Origin: a virus
Lineage: Duplodnaviria > Caudoviricetes
IMG/VR virus record: IMGVR_UViG_3300002098_000134
Location: 1-26,591 of that record
Direction: 5' to 3' (one strand)
DNA length: 26,591 bases
Shown here: positions 18,999-26,549 of the stretch, piece after piece
Numbering within the stretch: position 1 is the stretch's first letter
Layout: each line of letters opens with the position of its first letter
The notes under the pieces: model-generated
Told to the model about the DNA's origin: nothing
The model's input: the letters and a program-made list of their open reading frames with translations, nothing else
Database searches by the model: none
Position numbers and translations under genes: made by a program

Positions 18999-19654
18999 TA
19001 CTTACCTTTCATCAAATTTACTTCCACTTCTACTTCGCTTAAAAACTGCTTAATTTCTGCTTCCATTTCCGCAACAAACTCAATATTGCGGGGAACTCGA
19101 ACAATCAATAATTGACTGCGCTCTGGCATCCTAGGGTCAAAACTAACAAAGTCGCACCATTGCCTATCTGTGCAGGCCATTTGAGCTTGCATTTGGATAT
19201 AGTATTTATTGGGCGGCTCTTTAGCTTTGATATAAGACCAATGTGTAGCGCTGTTAGGGCATTTAATTTCCACGAGGCCACATTCCCCTACCAATCCATC
19301 AGGACTAGCCCCAAAGCCCTGTATGGTCGGGTGTAGGACAAAAGCAACTTGGTCTACAAAGTTTTGCGTGGCAATCTCGTATGCAACCCTAGCTTGGGCT
19401 TCATTATCAACTCCCCATTGCATTGCATCATTTGTATAGGATTCTTCAATAGCGCCTGTTACTTGTTGAATGGCAAGCTGGACTAGGTAGTTTCCCCTAG
19501 ATGTTGAAACGCCTGATTTAGTTTTAGCCAAAATGTCAGCAACTCGACTAGCCGTTACTTTGCCTAGCCTAAGTTGATGCCATTCGTCAGTTCCTTGTTC
19601 AACTGCTTTTACGCCTGTAATTTGCTCCACAACTTTGTCAGCTAATTTATTCAT
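18998..19654 (-). CDS. YqaJ / lambda-exonuclease-like recombination nuclease
   Basis: EQGTDEW..LRLGKVTAS, MQWG..NE, GASPDGLV, EIKCP, YYIQMQ.QM, WCDFVSFDPR motifs. Confidence 0.93.
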   Translation of the reverse strand: MNKLADKVVEQITGVKAVEQGTDEWHQLRLGKVTASRVADILAKTKSGVSTSRGNYLVQLAIQQVTGAIEESYTNDAMQWGVDNEAQARVAYEIATQNFVDQVAFVLHPTIQGFGASPDGLVGECGLVEIKCPNSATHWSYIKAKEPPNKYYIQMQAQMACTDRQWCDFVSFDPRMPERSQLLIVRVPRNIEFVAEMEAEIKQFLSEVEVEVNLMKGK

Positions 19655-19671
19655 AATAATTTCCTTATTTT

Positions 19672-20106
19672 TTAAATAGCAATAAATAGTTGAGGATAAT
19701 TGTTTAAATATTTTGTATGTAATTCATATCTATTAAATTCCATATCATATGTAAATTGACGGTTTAATATTTCTTGTTCTATTCCATGTTTAGGAATGTT
19801 ATAACCAAGATAAAAATTAGGATTTTTTAATTTTTCTTTTAAACCATCTAAATAATAATGACTTGGTTTATAAATATCTAAAATCATTCTATAAAGACAA
19901 TTATTATAAGAATGAACAAGCCATAAATTTCCTTGGTCTTTTATAGAATACCGAACCGTTCCCCAAGGCGAACAATCATCATTTAATTCCATAATTGGCA
20001 GTTGACGAAAAACTGCCAAAGTCATTTGTTTGCCAGCTACATGAAGTGCTTTAATGGTTACCGACAAAGTATCTAATGATGCTTGTTTGGTTTCTACTAA
20101 GCTCAT
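19672..20106 (-). CDS. Hypothetical protein between SSAP and exonuclease
   Basis: 144 aa, ATGA-coupled; 3' half visibly more AT-rich than its neighbours. Confidence 0.65.
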   Translation of the reverse strand: MSLVETKQASLDTLSVTIKALHVAGKQMTLAVFRQLPIMELNDDCSPWGTVRYSIKDQGNLWLVHSYNNCLYRMILDIYKPSHYYLDGLKEKLKNPNFYLGYNIPKHGIEQEILNRQFTYDMEFNRYELHTKYLNNYPQLFIAI

Positions 20107-20633
20107 GATAATTCTGCCTTTTTAGCATCTTTAGCTTTGGCTAATAGCTCAACTGCGGATTTATCTTTACTAAGGGCTTTATAAGCGTTGCCATACGATT
20201 CTTTTAGTTCGTCTATGGATTTGCTTTTACCTATCTTAATAACCCACTCAGTCGCATCTAGCACAACTGCTTCTTCCTCGGGAATATCTTCGCCAGCATA
20301 GATATATAACCCAAGTCCATGCAAAGCTATGGCTTTAGCCAAGCACCGTTGCATTGCAGTATTTACAGCCATTGAATCAGGGTTTTGAATAGCTTTGTTC
20401 ATATTATTCATAACAGGCAACTGCGCTGTCATGGTTTTGCCAAAAGCCGTAACTGAGCAAAAGACCATTAAAGTTTCGGCAAAGTAAACAGGGTCTTTGT
20501 ATTCCCAAGTTGCAGTTGGGTCAAGCTGTAATAGTTGGTCAACTGCCCAAGACCAAGAAAGGTAGGTAAATTTACCTTTGCGTTCTGTGTGTTCGTTGAC
20601 ATTGATAGTGCGTAAATCGTTAAAAGTTTTCAT
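20103..20633 (-). CDS. Single-strand annealing recombinase, Sak3/DUF1071 (Rad52-like) family
   Basis: INVNEHTERKG.FTYLSWSWA, QLPVM, VNTAMQRCLAKAIALHGLGLYIYAGEDIP motifs. Confidence 0.88.
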   Translation of the reverse strand: MKTFNDLRTINVNEHTERKGKFTYLSWSWAVDQLLQLDPTATWEYKDPVYFAETLMVFCSVTAFGKTMTAQLPVMNNMNKAIQNPDSMAVNTAMQRCLAKAIALHGLGLYIYAGEDIPEEEAVVLDATEWVIKIGKSKSIDELKESYGNAYKALSKDKSAVELLAKAKDAKKAELS

Positions 20634-20636
20634 CAA

Positions 20637-20927
20637 TTATTCCTCGTTAATTTCTAGTTCGGCAATTTCTTGGGCAATACTTTCCATATATGCAAAAGAT
20701 ATTGACATGATTTTGCGACCAATTATTTCAAAGTTACCTGTGTCAAGAGCAATCTGTAATGAGTCGGCATCATCAGCGCTCATTTCGGCTAAGGCTTCTT
20801 GAATACGACCAGCATCTTTAGGGTCAAACTTTGCGCCTGGTTTCATTAACTGCCAGGTGCGCTCCTCTATTTCATCGGTGCGGTCATCGTAGTCTTGTGG
20901 CTCGTAATAGGCATCGGCTCTGTTCAT
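20637..20927 (-). CDS. Acidic hypothetical early protein
   Basis: Likely start is ATG 20927 (GGAG RBS): MNRADAYYEPQDYDD...; shorter than the ORF-track call. Confidence 0.65.
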   Translation of the reverse strand: MNRADAYYEPQDYDDRTDEIEERTWQLMKPGAKFDPKDAGRIQEALAEMSADDADSLQIALDTGNFEIIGRKIMSISFAYMESIAQEIAELEINEE

Positions 20928-20929
20928 AA

Positions 20930-21007
20930 TTAAACTCCCAAGGCGAACATAGCGCCAAAAAGAATACCCATTGCGATAACTGCTGTCCATTCGATAACTT
21001 GATTCAT
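20930..21007 (-). CDS. 25 aa single-TM peptide, first gene of the leftward operon
   Basis: MNQVIEWTAVIAMGILFGAMFALGV with GAAGGGA RBS; not in the ORF track. Confidence 0.6.
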   Translation of the reverse strand: MNQVIEWTAVIAMGILFGAMFALGV

Positions 21008-21159
21008 TTTATTTCCCTTCATCACTTGTTGAACTAGACTCCACTATACACGAAAAATACACTTTGCAACAACTTTTATACTAGGACAAACCCTAATACA
21101 ACAAATATTTCACATTTAGGCTTAATTTATGATATTGTAGCGGAAAAGAAAGGATTTAT
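21008..21159. promoter_or_regulatory. Divergent early promoter/operator region
   Basis: Only sizeable intergenic gap. Minus-strand TATAGT (21048-21043) with TTGCAA 15 nt upstream; plus-strand TATGAT (21128-21133); TAGG-N6-CCTA dyad at 21082-21095. Confidence 0.65.
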
Positions 21160-21357
21160 ATGAAGCCTATGGATTTACTCAGAATTGAGTTTAGAACATT
21201 AGAAGCCTTGGCTAATAAGCTAGGAATACCAGCCAATACTGTTTATCAATGGAATAAAAGCAATATTCCTACTAAGTGGATTAAAGATATTGAGGAACTT
21301 TCAGAATCTAGATTAACTAGAGAAGTTTTGCGGCCTGACCTATTTCAGAAAGGCTGA
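21160..21357 (+). CDS. cro: Cro/YdaS-like HTH transcriptional regulator
   Basis: 65 aa; LEALANKLGIPANTVYQW HTH, IP..W, LTREVLRPDLF C-terminal motif; AAGGA RBS. Confidence 0.8.
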   Translation: MKPMDLLRIEFRTLEALANKLGIPANTVYQWNKSNIPTKWIKDIEELSESRLTREVLRPDLFQKG

Positions 21358-21358
21358 A

Positions 21359-22165
21359 ATGCACTATTACAAGTTTAATATCTCCGATTGGCACTTGGCA
21401 ACCAGCCATTTAAGCCTTGAAGAAGAAGCTGTTTATTTCAAACTTATCAATTTTTATTACGATACAGAAAGACAGATTCCATTGGAAACCCAATCGGTTA
21501 TCAGACGGTTACGACTTGGAAACTATACGGCTATGGTGGAAACAGTTTTGCATGAATTTTTTATAAAACAAGAAAATGGTTGGAGTCATAACAGATGTGA
21601 TGATGAGATAGAAAAATACCATCATAAAGCCGAAACTAACAAAAAGATTGGGAAACTTGGTGGAAGGCCTAAGAAAATCAACGAGTTACAAAATAACCCA
21701 CAAATAACCCAATCGGTTTCCAAAGATAACCCACAAAAAACCCTAACCACTAACCATAAACCATTAACCACTAACCATAATATTACGCCTATCGGCTTTG
21801 ATTTATTTTGGAATTCATATAACAAAAAAGTAGGCAAACCAAATTCTTTAAAAGCGTGGGCAAAAATTAAGCCTGATGAAGAATTGGTAAAACTTATTGT
21901 TCAAAAAGCACTTGCAGATTCAAAAGCTAAACCTGACAGTAAATTTAGAAAAGACCCTGAACGCTGGTTAAAAGGTCAGCATTGGCTGGATGAGGTGGTT
22001 ATTGCCCAAACACCCGAAAACAAAGAATTACCGTTAGGAACCAATGAACAAATAGAAGCGGCTTATAGGGCTGAATGTGGCGACCCTGCCAATTCTAGGT
22101 TTCAGTCTTACTTTGAAATGCGGAACTTTATCGTAGCTCAAAGGGAAAAAAGGAAAGCGGCATGA
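21359..22165 (+). CDS. Replication initiator, YdaU/DUF1376 family (lambda O-analogous)
   Basis: MHYYKFNISDW..TSHLSLEEE..Y..L..YYDTE, GKLGGRP, FDLFW..Y.KKVGK, P..WL...W.DE motifs; internal DNA repeats. Confidence 0.85.
   Translation: MHYYKFNISDWHLATSHLSLEEEAVYFKLINFYYDTERQIPLETQSVIRRLRLGNYTAMVETVLHEFFIKQENGWSHNRCDDEIEKYHHKAETNKKIGKLGGRPKKINELQNNPQITQSVSKDNPQKTLTTNHKPLTTNHNITPIGFDLFWNSYNKKVGKPNSLKAWAKIKPDEELVKLIVQKALADSKAKPDSKFRKDPERWLKGQHWLDEVVIAQTPENKELPLGTNEQIEAAYRAECGDPANSRFQSYFEMRNFIVAQREKRKAA
21693..21778 (+). repeat. Iteron-like repeats, putative replication origin
   Basis: ATAACCCA x3 (21693, 21704, 21726) followed by five tandem heptamers (T/A)AACCA(C/T) at 21744-21778. Confidence 0.65.
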
Positions 22166-22314
22166 TTTATTACATCTATGACGAGCTTGGGTTAATTCGG
22201 CAAGTTAAAAGCAAAACCGAAGCTGAATACCTTGTGAAGTTGCGGCCTGATTGGAAGATTGTTGCCAAAAAGGTTAAAAAGCCTGTTTTTAAATTTGAGG
22301 AGGCAAGGTTTTGA
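22162..22314 (+). CDS. Hypothetical protein (50 aa)
   Basis: MIYYIYDELGLIRQVKSK...FEEARF; ATGA-coupled; not in the ORF track. Confidence 0.65.
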   Translation: MIYYIYDELGLIRQVKSKTEAEYLVKLRPDWKIVAKKVKKPVFKFEEARF

Positions 22315-22853
22315 TTCGTTTGGCTACCGTTTTGGATGTTCCTTACATTATTTCTTTGTCTAAAAAAGAAAATTTTTGCCTTGGTTTTATACCAAAAATG
22401 GCTTATAAAGCCGCAATTACTGGCATAAAAACAGGCAAACGCTGGAGCAATACTTGTAACGACAGACTTTTTGTGTGCGTGGAAAACAATGATTTGGTTG
22501 GGTTTGCTTTATTTTCTTATGGAAATCCAGCCAAATGCAATCAAATTTGCATACAGGAAGATGCCAGGCTAATTGAAAGAGGACAAGCATTGCTTTCATC
22601 AGCAATTTCACATGGAAATTTGCGTGGTATTGAGGATTTTGCTTGTGGATGTGCTGATGACCTTCCTAGTAATGTCTTTTGGTCAAGAATGGGTTGGATA
22701 AAAGTTGGTGAAAGAATGGGTATAAGCCATAAAAATACTTGGGTTCAAACAAGCAAAAGAGTTGTAAATATTTATAGATTTCAAACAAACAGCCTTTTTA
22801 CAAATGATTTTGGAATGATTTTGCCAAAAGAAAATGTAACGATTGCTTTATGA
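22311..22853 (+). CDS. GNAT-family acetyltransferase
   Basis: MIRLAT..D, LVGFALF, QICIQEDARLIERGQALL (motif A-like), CADDLPSNVFWSRMGW (motif B-like); TTG start with GAGGAGG RBS. Confidence 0.8.
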   Translation: MIRLATVLDVPYIISLSKKENFCLGFIPKMAYKAAITGIKTGKRWSNTCNDRLFVCVENNDLVGFALFSYGNPAKCNQICIQEDARLIERGQALLSSAISHGNLRGIEDFACGCADDLPSNVFWSRMGWIKVGERMGISHKNTWVQTSKRVVNIYRFQTNSLFTNDFGMILPKENVTIAL

Positions 22854-23038
22854 ATGAAGAAAAGCACAAATACCAATGTTCTGTACGCCAACTCATTTTG
22901 TATCGAAAGCAGATGGGTTTAAGGACTTTTAGGGAATATATGCACAAATACAAAGAAAAACTACCTTGGCAGTTAATTCGAGATTTTGAGGACCAATGGA
23001 TTAAAAATAATCGCGGCGCACCTGGAGAGTGGAAATGA
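22850..23038 (+). CDS. Hypothetical protein
   Basis: 62 aa, ATGA-coupled on both sides. Confidence 0.65.
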   Translation: MNEEKHKYQCSVRQLILYRKQMGLRTFREYMHKYKEKLPWQLIRDFEDQWIKNNRGAPGEWK

Positions 23039-23367
23039 ACTTAGAGCAACTTAATGAAAACAGGGTAGAACAAGCCTTAACTAAGCTATCTAATTCTGAC
23101 GATGACCATGCGGCATGGGCAGGGCAAGTTAAATACCTTGAGGAAGGCTTAAAACAGGCCAAGGCTCATTCTTTTCTGTTGGCTGAGGGGACTGTAGCCG
23201 AAAGGGAAGCTAAAGCCGTAGCGAGCCTTAAATACGCTGATGCAGTTTTAGCTTGGACAGAAGCCTTAAAACATTTTAAAAAAATTGACAATGAGCGCAA
23301 TCACGAGATTAGGATTATTGATATTTGGCGTACTTTATCTTCTAACAGGAGGCAGGGAAATGTTTAA
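23035..23367 (+). CDS. Helical coiled-coil protein (possibly UvsY-like)
   Basis: GTVAEREAKA...Y and IDIWRTLSSNRR motifs; GGAG RBS; the function is a guess. Confidence 0.55.
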   Translation: MNLEQLNENRVEQALTKLSNSDDDHAAWAGQVKYLEEGLKQAKAHSFLLAEGTVAEREAKAVASLKYADAVLAWTEALKHFKKIDNERNHEIRIIDIWRTLSSNRRQGNV

Positions 23368-23527
23368 TTCTTTAGGTCATTTTGCAATTGGTGTTGTTTT
23401 TGGGTTGATATTTGTAAACATTTTTGTATTAAATCAACCAATACCTCAAAAATACGAACAAAATCAAATGGTTAATGGATGTGTTATGCAAAAATTATTT
23501 GACCATTGGGTAAGGACTTGCGGGTAA
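23360..23527 (+). CDS. Small membrane-anchored protein with a Cys pair
   Basis: Start ATG 23360 with AGGAGG RBS; N-terminal TM helix; C...C near the C-terminus. Confidence 0.55.
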   Translation: MFNSLGHFAIGVVFGLIFVNIFVLNQPIPQKYEQNQMVNGCVMQKLFDHWVRTCG

Positions 23528-23688
23528 TGATTGAAACATTAGTTAAACCACCAGATTCTTTAGACAACGATGTTGCTGTCATAAAGATATTGCAACTTAT
23601 GGGTCAATTAAGTCCTAATGACATTGCTTATGTTTTAAGGGTGTCTTTGCAAGTTTATAAAACAATTAAAGAAATAGACCCAAAATGA
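23527..23688 (+). CDS. Hypothetical protein
   Basis: TAATG-coupled start MIETLVKPP. Confidence 0.55.
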   Translation: MIETLVKPPDSLDNDVAVIKILQLMGQLSPNDIAYVLRVSLQVYKTIKEIDPK

Positions 23689-23852
23689 GTGACGAAAAAC
23701 TAAAGAAGCAATTGGAATGGGCTGAAACCATAGATGCCCTTATTCAAGAATGTGCGGAAATAAAAGCTATACAAATGACCAGGGAGTTAATTGAAGAAAA
23801 TGACCTTCTTAGACAACTTTATATTGAAATATCTAAAATTAAGGAGAGGTAA
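23685..23852 (+). CDS. Hypothetical helical protein (55 aa)
   Basis: MSDEKLKKQLEWAETID...; ATGA-coupled; not in the ORF track. Confidence 0.55.
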   Translation: MSDEKLKKQLEWAETIDALIQECAEIKAIQMTRELIEENDLLRQLYIEISKIKER

Positions 23853-23853
23853 A

Positions 23854-24027
23854 TTGAAAGATTATTCGTTGCCGTATTTGGTGTTACAAAGCCTGACCAA
23901 GAAATATCATGATTCTATGATTAATCAAAACAATCATCGTGCCTATGAAATTGCTGTTGACATGGTTGAAATGGCTCAAGTTTTACAAGAAATAGCTAAT
24001 GAAACTAATGCGAAATCAATACGCTAG
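23854..24027 (+). CDS. Hypothetical protein
   Basis: Likely TTG start at 23854 after GGAGAGG RBS (MKDYSLPYL...). Confidence 0.55.
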   Translation: MKDYSLPYLVLQSLTKKYHDSMINQNNHRAYEIAVDMVEMAQVLQEIANETNAKSIR

Positions 24028-24367
24028 TCATACTGACTATGCAGATTTTGTAGGAGTTATAGGTGATAACCCTAACTTTGTGCCTAGCAATGTAGATGGC
24101 ATTTGTGAGCGCAAAGGAAAGTTTTTAGTAATGGAATGGAAGCGACCAGACGAAAAAGTTAGCAAAGGTCAAGAAATTCTATTAAAAGCTATGGCAAAAA
24201 TGTCTAATTTTATTGTTGTTATCATTTATGGTGATACCGACTTTGATACACAAATAGACAAATTTTATTTAGTCAATCAAAATGGTACTTGTTCCCATAT
24301 TGGAAATGGGTTTGAATCCTTTAAAGCCTATTATCAGCAATGGTATGAATGGGCAGATAATGACTAA
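23999..24367 (+). CDS. PD-(D/E)xK-fold nuclease (VRR-NUC/resolvase-like)
   Basis: PSNVDG...FLVMEWK....VSKGQ pattern. Confidence 0.6.
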   Translation: MKLMRNQYASHTDYADFVGVIGDNPNFVPSNVDGICERKGKFLVMEWKRPDEKVSKGQEILLKAMAKMSNFIVVIIYGDTDFDTQIDKFYLVNQNGTCSHIGNGFESFKAYYQQWYEWADND

Positions 24368-24629
24368 AGATGAACAAAAACGAATCAGAAAGATTGCGGA
24401 ATTTGGATGTATTCTGTGCCACCATCAGGGAAACACAGGAACACCATGTGAAATACACCACATCCGCAGAGCAGGAAAACGAGCAACTGCGCCAACAATT
24501 GGCCTATGCCCAGTTCATCATAGATTCCATGCTGGAATTCATCATCTTGGAAGAAAGGCTTGGGAACTTCACCATAGAACTACAGAAGAAGCACTTCTTG
24601 CATTGACCGAACAATGTCTAGCTGGTTAA
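24360..24629 (+). CDS. Ref-like zinc-finger HNH nuclease
   Basis: GCILC...EIHH...IGLCPVHHR...GIH motifs; likely start ATG 24360. Confidence 0.75.
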   Translation: MTKDEQKRIRKIAEFGCILCHHQGNTGTPCEIHHIRRAGKRATAPTIGLCPVHHRFHAGIHHLGRKAWELHHRTTEEALLALTEQCLAG

Positions 24630-24760
24630 TCGTTTTAACAGGAGTTATTTATGCTTATATTGCAGGAGAACAGTTATTTAAAGGCAATACTGGATTGGCT
24701 GTCACATACTTTGGATATGCTCTTGGTAATGTTGGGCTGTATATGATTGCCATTAAATGA
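24614..24760 (+). CDS. Small two-TM membrane protein (48 aa)
   Basis: MSSWLIVLTGVIYAYIAGEQLFKGNTGLAVTYFGYALGNVGLYMIAIK; ATGA-coupled to the next gene; not in the ORF track. Confidence 0.6.
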   Translation: MSSWLIVLTGVIYAYIAGEQLFKGNTGLAVTYFGYALGNVGLYMIAIK

Positions 24761-24993
24761 CCTGGAACTTACGATTAGTCAATATGGGTGGCGATGAACC
24801 TTGGGTAGAGCTTAGAGAGGTTTTCTATGACCATGTTGGAAAACCAATGGGGCATACAACAGCCTTAGTAAGTGGTGAAAATGTAGAAGAAATTAAGATT
24901 TATTTAACTCGGGCTGTGGAGGCATTGGATAAACCAATATTAACTTTTGGGAAAGAAAATGGAAATATCGGTAAAGATTCTGAAGGAGAATGA
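24757..24993 (+). CDS. Hypothetical protein
   Basis: 78 aa; MTWNLRLV...EVFYD..GKP motif; ATGA-coupled. Confidence 0.65.
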   Translation: MTWNLRLVNMGGDEPWVELREVFYDHVGKPMGHTTALVSGENVEEIKIYLTRAVEALDKPILTFGKENGNIGKDSEGE

Positions 24994-25186
24994 AGATGGC
25001 TCGGCTGAAGCTAGTGTTAGATTCGACAAAAAAGGACTTGAAACACTTGTCCAATGGGGGCTTGTTGCTATGCTTACCAAAGCAGTTGATGAGTACGCAG
25101 TTAGACCCGAAAAAACTTTCCCAGTTGCTATTGGCAGGCCTAAAAAAAGAATAAGAAAATTACTAAAAGACTTCAAAGGTAGCTAA
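24959..25186 (+). CDS. Hypothetical protein
   Basis: MEISVKILKENEDGSA...; last rightward gene. Confidence 0.6.
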   Translation: MEISVKILKENEDGSAEASVRFDKKGLETLVQWGLVAMLTKAVDEYAVRPEKTFPVAIGRPKKRIRKLLKDFKGS

Positions 25187-25217
25187 AGGGAACCTTTTGT
25201 AAACAATATTGTTTACA
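25185..25217. terminator. Hairpin plus perfect 20-bp palindrome at a convergent gene junction
   Basis: AAAGG-GAA-CCTTT (25185-25197) next to TGTAAACAATATTGTTTACA (25198-25217); terminator role is inferred from position. Confidence 0.5.
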
Positions 25218-25566
25218 GTTCTAAAGGGTCAAACCCAAGCTCTGTAGCTATGAGTTTGCACCTAGTTCTAAACTCTTTGGAATGATGCGCCCACCGAAAG
25301 CCTTTACGCCTATAGAACGACATATGACAGCACTCATGTGCGAGGGTACAAAGGGCTGTATACATATGCCCACATCTAGCGGCTGAAATAGTAATGGTAT
25401 GTTCAAAATCCTCGCCTGTATCGTGGCAATATGTACCCATAGCATCGGTATCTAAAGTAACAATAAATTCTATTTCTTCAGGTAACGGCATAGACCATTT
25501 AGTAAACGGATAGCAACAATAAAGCGTTGCATACATATTCCGTAAGATTTCAGGCGTGAGCTTCAT
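25213..25566 (-). CDS. SprT-like zincin metalloprotease
   Basis: MGTY, ITIS, TLAHECCH (HExxH) and downstream HSKEF motif; ATGA-coupled to the phosphoesterase. Confidence 0.78.
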   Translation of the reverse strand: MKLTPEILRNMYATLYCCYPFTKWSMPLPEEIEFIVTLDTDAMGTYCHDTGEDFEHTITISAARCGHMYTALCTLAHECCHMSFYRRKGFRWAHHSKEFRTRCKLIATELGFDPLEL

Positions 25567-26549
25567 ACTCGATTAATACAGCCTCGGAACTCAAATTCAC
25601 CGTTTTCTTCATCAGTAACCATAATAAGTTCTGGCATTAACATTCTGCCTTGGTCAAATGACAGCATTACAAAGCCTGAACGCCAATCTTTAGGGCTATC
25701 TTCACAATATTCAAATGTTGAGCTAAGAGGATTGGCTAGACATCCTGTTTGAACTCCCCAGTAAGTTCCTTGATATCCTGTAATGGGACTTGCACATAGC
25801 ACATGGGTATGTCCAGTAATAATATTCGTAGAACCGCCAGCCCCAGTTAAATTATTATATCCAGCTAATCTTCCACCTTTAAACCGATGCTTAACTACAG
25901 TATGTTCACCTATCCAAAATGACCAACAGGTTTTCCATTCGGGAAAATGGTATTTAAGGCTAAAACCGTCAACTCCGCTATATTCAGGAACTTTATTGAC
26001 AAGCCAGGCCTCATAACGCATATCGTGATTACCCAAGGTATATATGAGTTCACAGCCTGCTGGCTTATGTTTAACTAATTCATCTAAATGATAACGACAA
26101 TAATTAAGTTCGTCTAATACAGAAGGTTTTTCATCATAGTTAATAGTGGGAAAACGACTAAGAACTTGACCGTCAAAGGCATCTCCATTACATATCAAAA
26201 CTTGAGGCTTAAACTCTTTAATCATTAAAAGCAACGCTTTAAACGCTGTAGTGGTCGTATCGGTAAAGTGGGCATCACTAAAGACTATGACCCGTTTAAC
26301 CTTATCTACATCTATGCCCCGTCTTACATTATGGGGAGTTTGTTCTATTTTCTTGAGTTTGACCTTTTTTTCTTCTCGTTGAGAATTAAAGGTAGGCAAT
26401 TCAATTTTGTAGCGAAGTTCTAAAGATTGCCGCCTAGCAATCATAGACCTAGCGTTCATGCCAAAATGTTTGCCAACTAAGGTAGGACTACCTAACTCTT
26501 TCCAAACCTTAATAAATTCTTCATCGGTAACGATTGATTTAAAGGACAT
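25563..26549 (-). CDS. Calcineurin-like metallophosphoesterase with N-terminal HTH-like domain
   Basis: SDAH, NGDAFD, GNHD, KH, TGHTH motifs; N-terminal EEFIKVWKELGSPTLVGKHFGMNARSMIARR; TAAGG RBS favours ATG 26549. Confidence 0.85.
   Translation of the reverse strand: MSFKSIVTDEEFIKVWKELGSPTLVGKHFGMNARSMIARRQSLELRYKIELPTFNSQREEKKVKLKKIEQTPHNVRRGIDVDKVKRVIVFSDAHFTDTTTTAFKALLLMIKEFKPQVLICNGDAFDGQVLSRFPTINYDEKPSVLDELNYCRYHLDELVKHKPAGCELIYTLGNHDMRYEAWLVNKVPEYSGVDGFSLKYHFPEWKTCWSFWIGEHTVVKHRFKGGRLAGYNNLTGAGGSTNIITGHTHVLCASPITGYQGTYWGVQTGCLANPLSSTFEYCEDSPKDWRSGFVMLSFDQGRMLMPELIMVTDEENGEFEFRGCINRV

Noticed and set aside
18308-20802. Plus-strand ORFs within the leftward early operon
   Set aside because: Antisense to a continuous, translationally coupled minus-strand gene run.
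21693-21778. CRISPR-like or mini-array interpretation of the repeats
   Set aside because: Units are 7-13 bp, inside a coding gene, without unique spacers of regular length.
21160-22165. YdaS/YdaT toxin-antitoxin reading of the HTH gene
   Set aside because: No YdaT/CII-like partner is present; position and motifs fit a Cro-type regulator before a replication initiator.
24370-24606. 78 aa alternative-frame ORF overlapping the Ref-like nuclease
   Set aside because: The other frame carries the clear CxxC/HH/CxxHH motifs; no support for dual coding.
25198-25217. Protelomerase (telRL) or dif/att site
   Set aside because: Shorter than known telomere-resolution palindromes, no match to the XerC/XerD dif consensus, and no tyrosine recombinase or protelomerase in the window.
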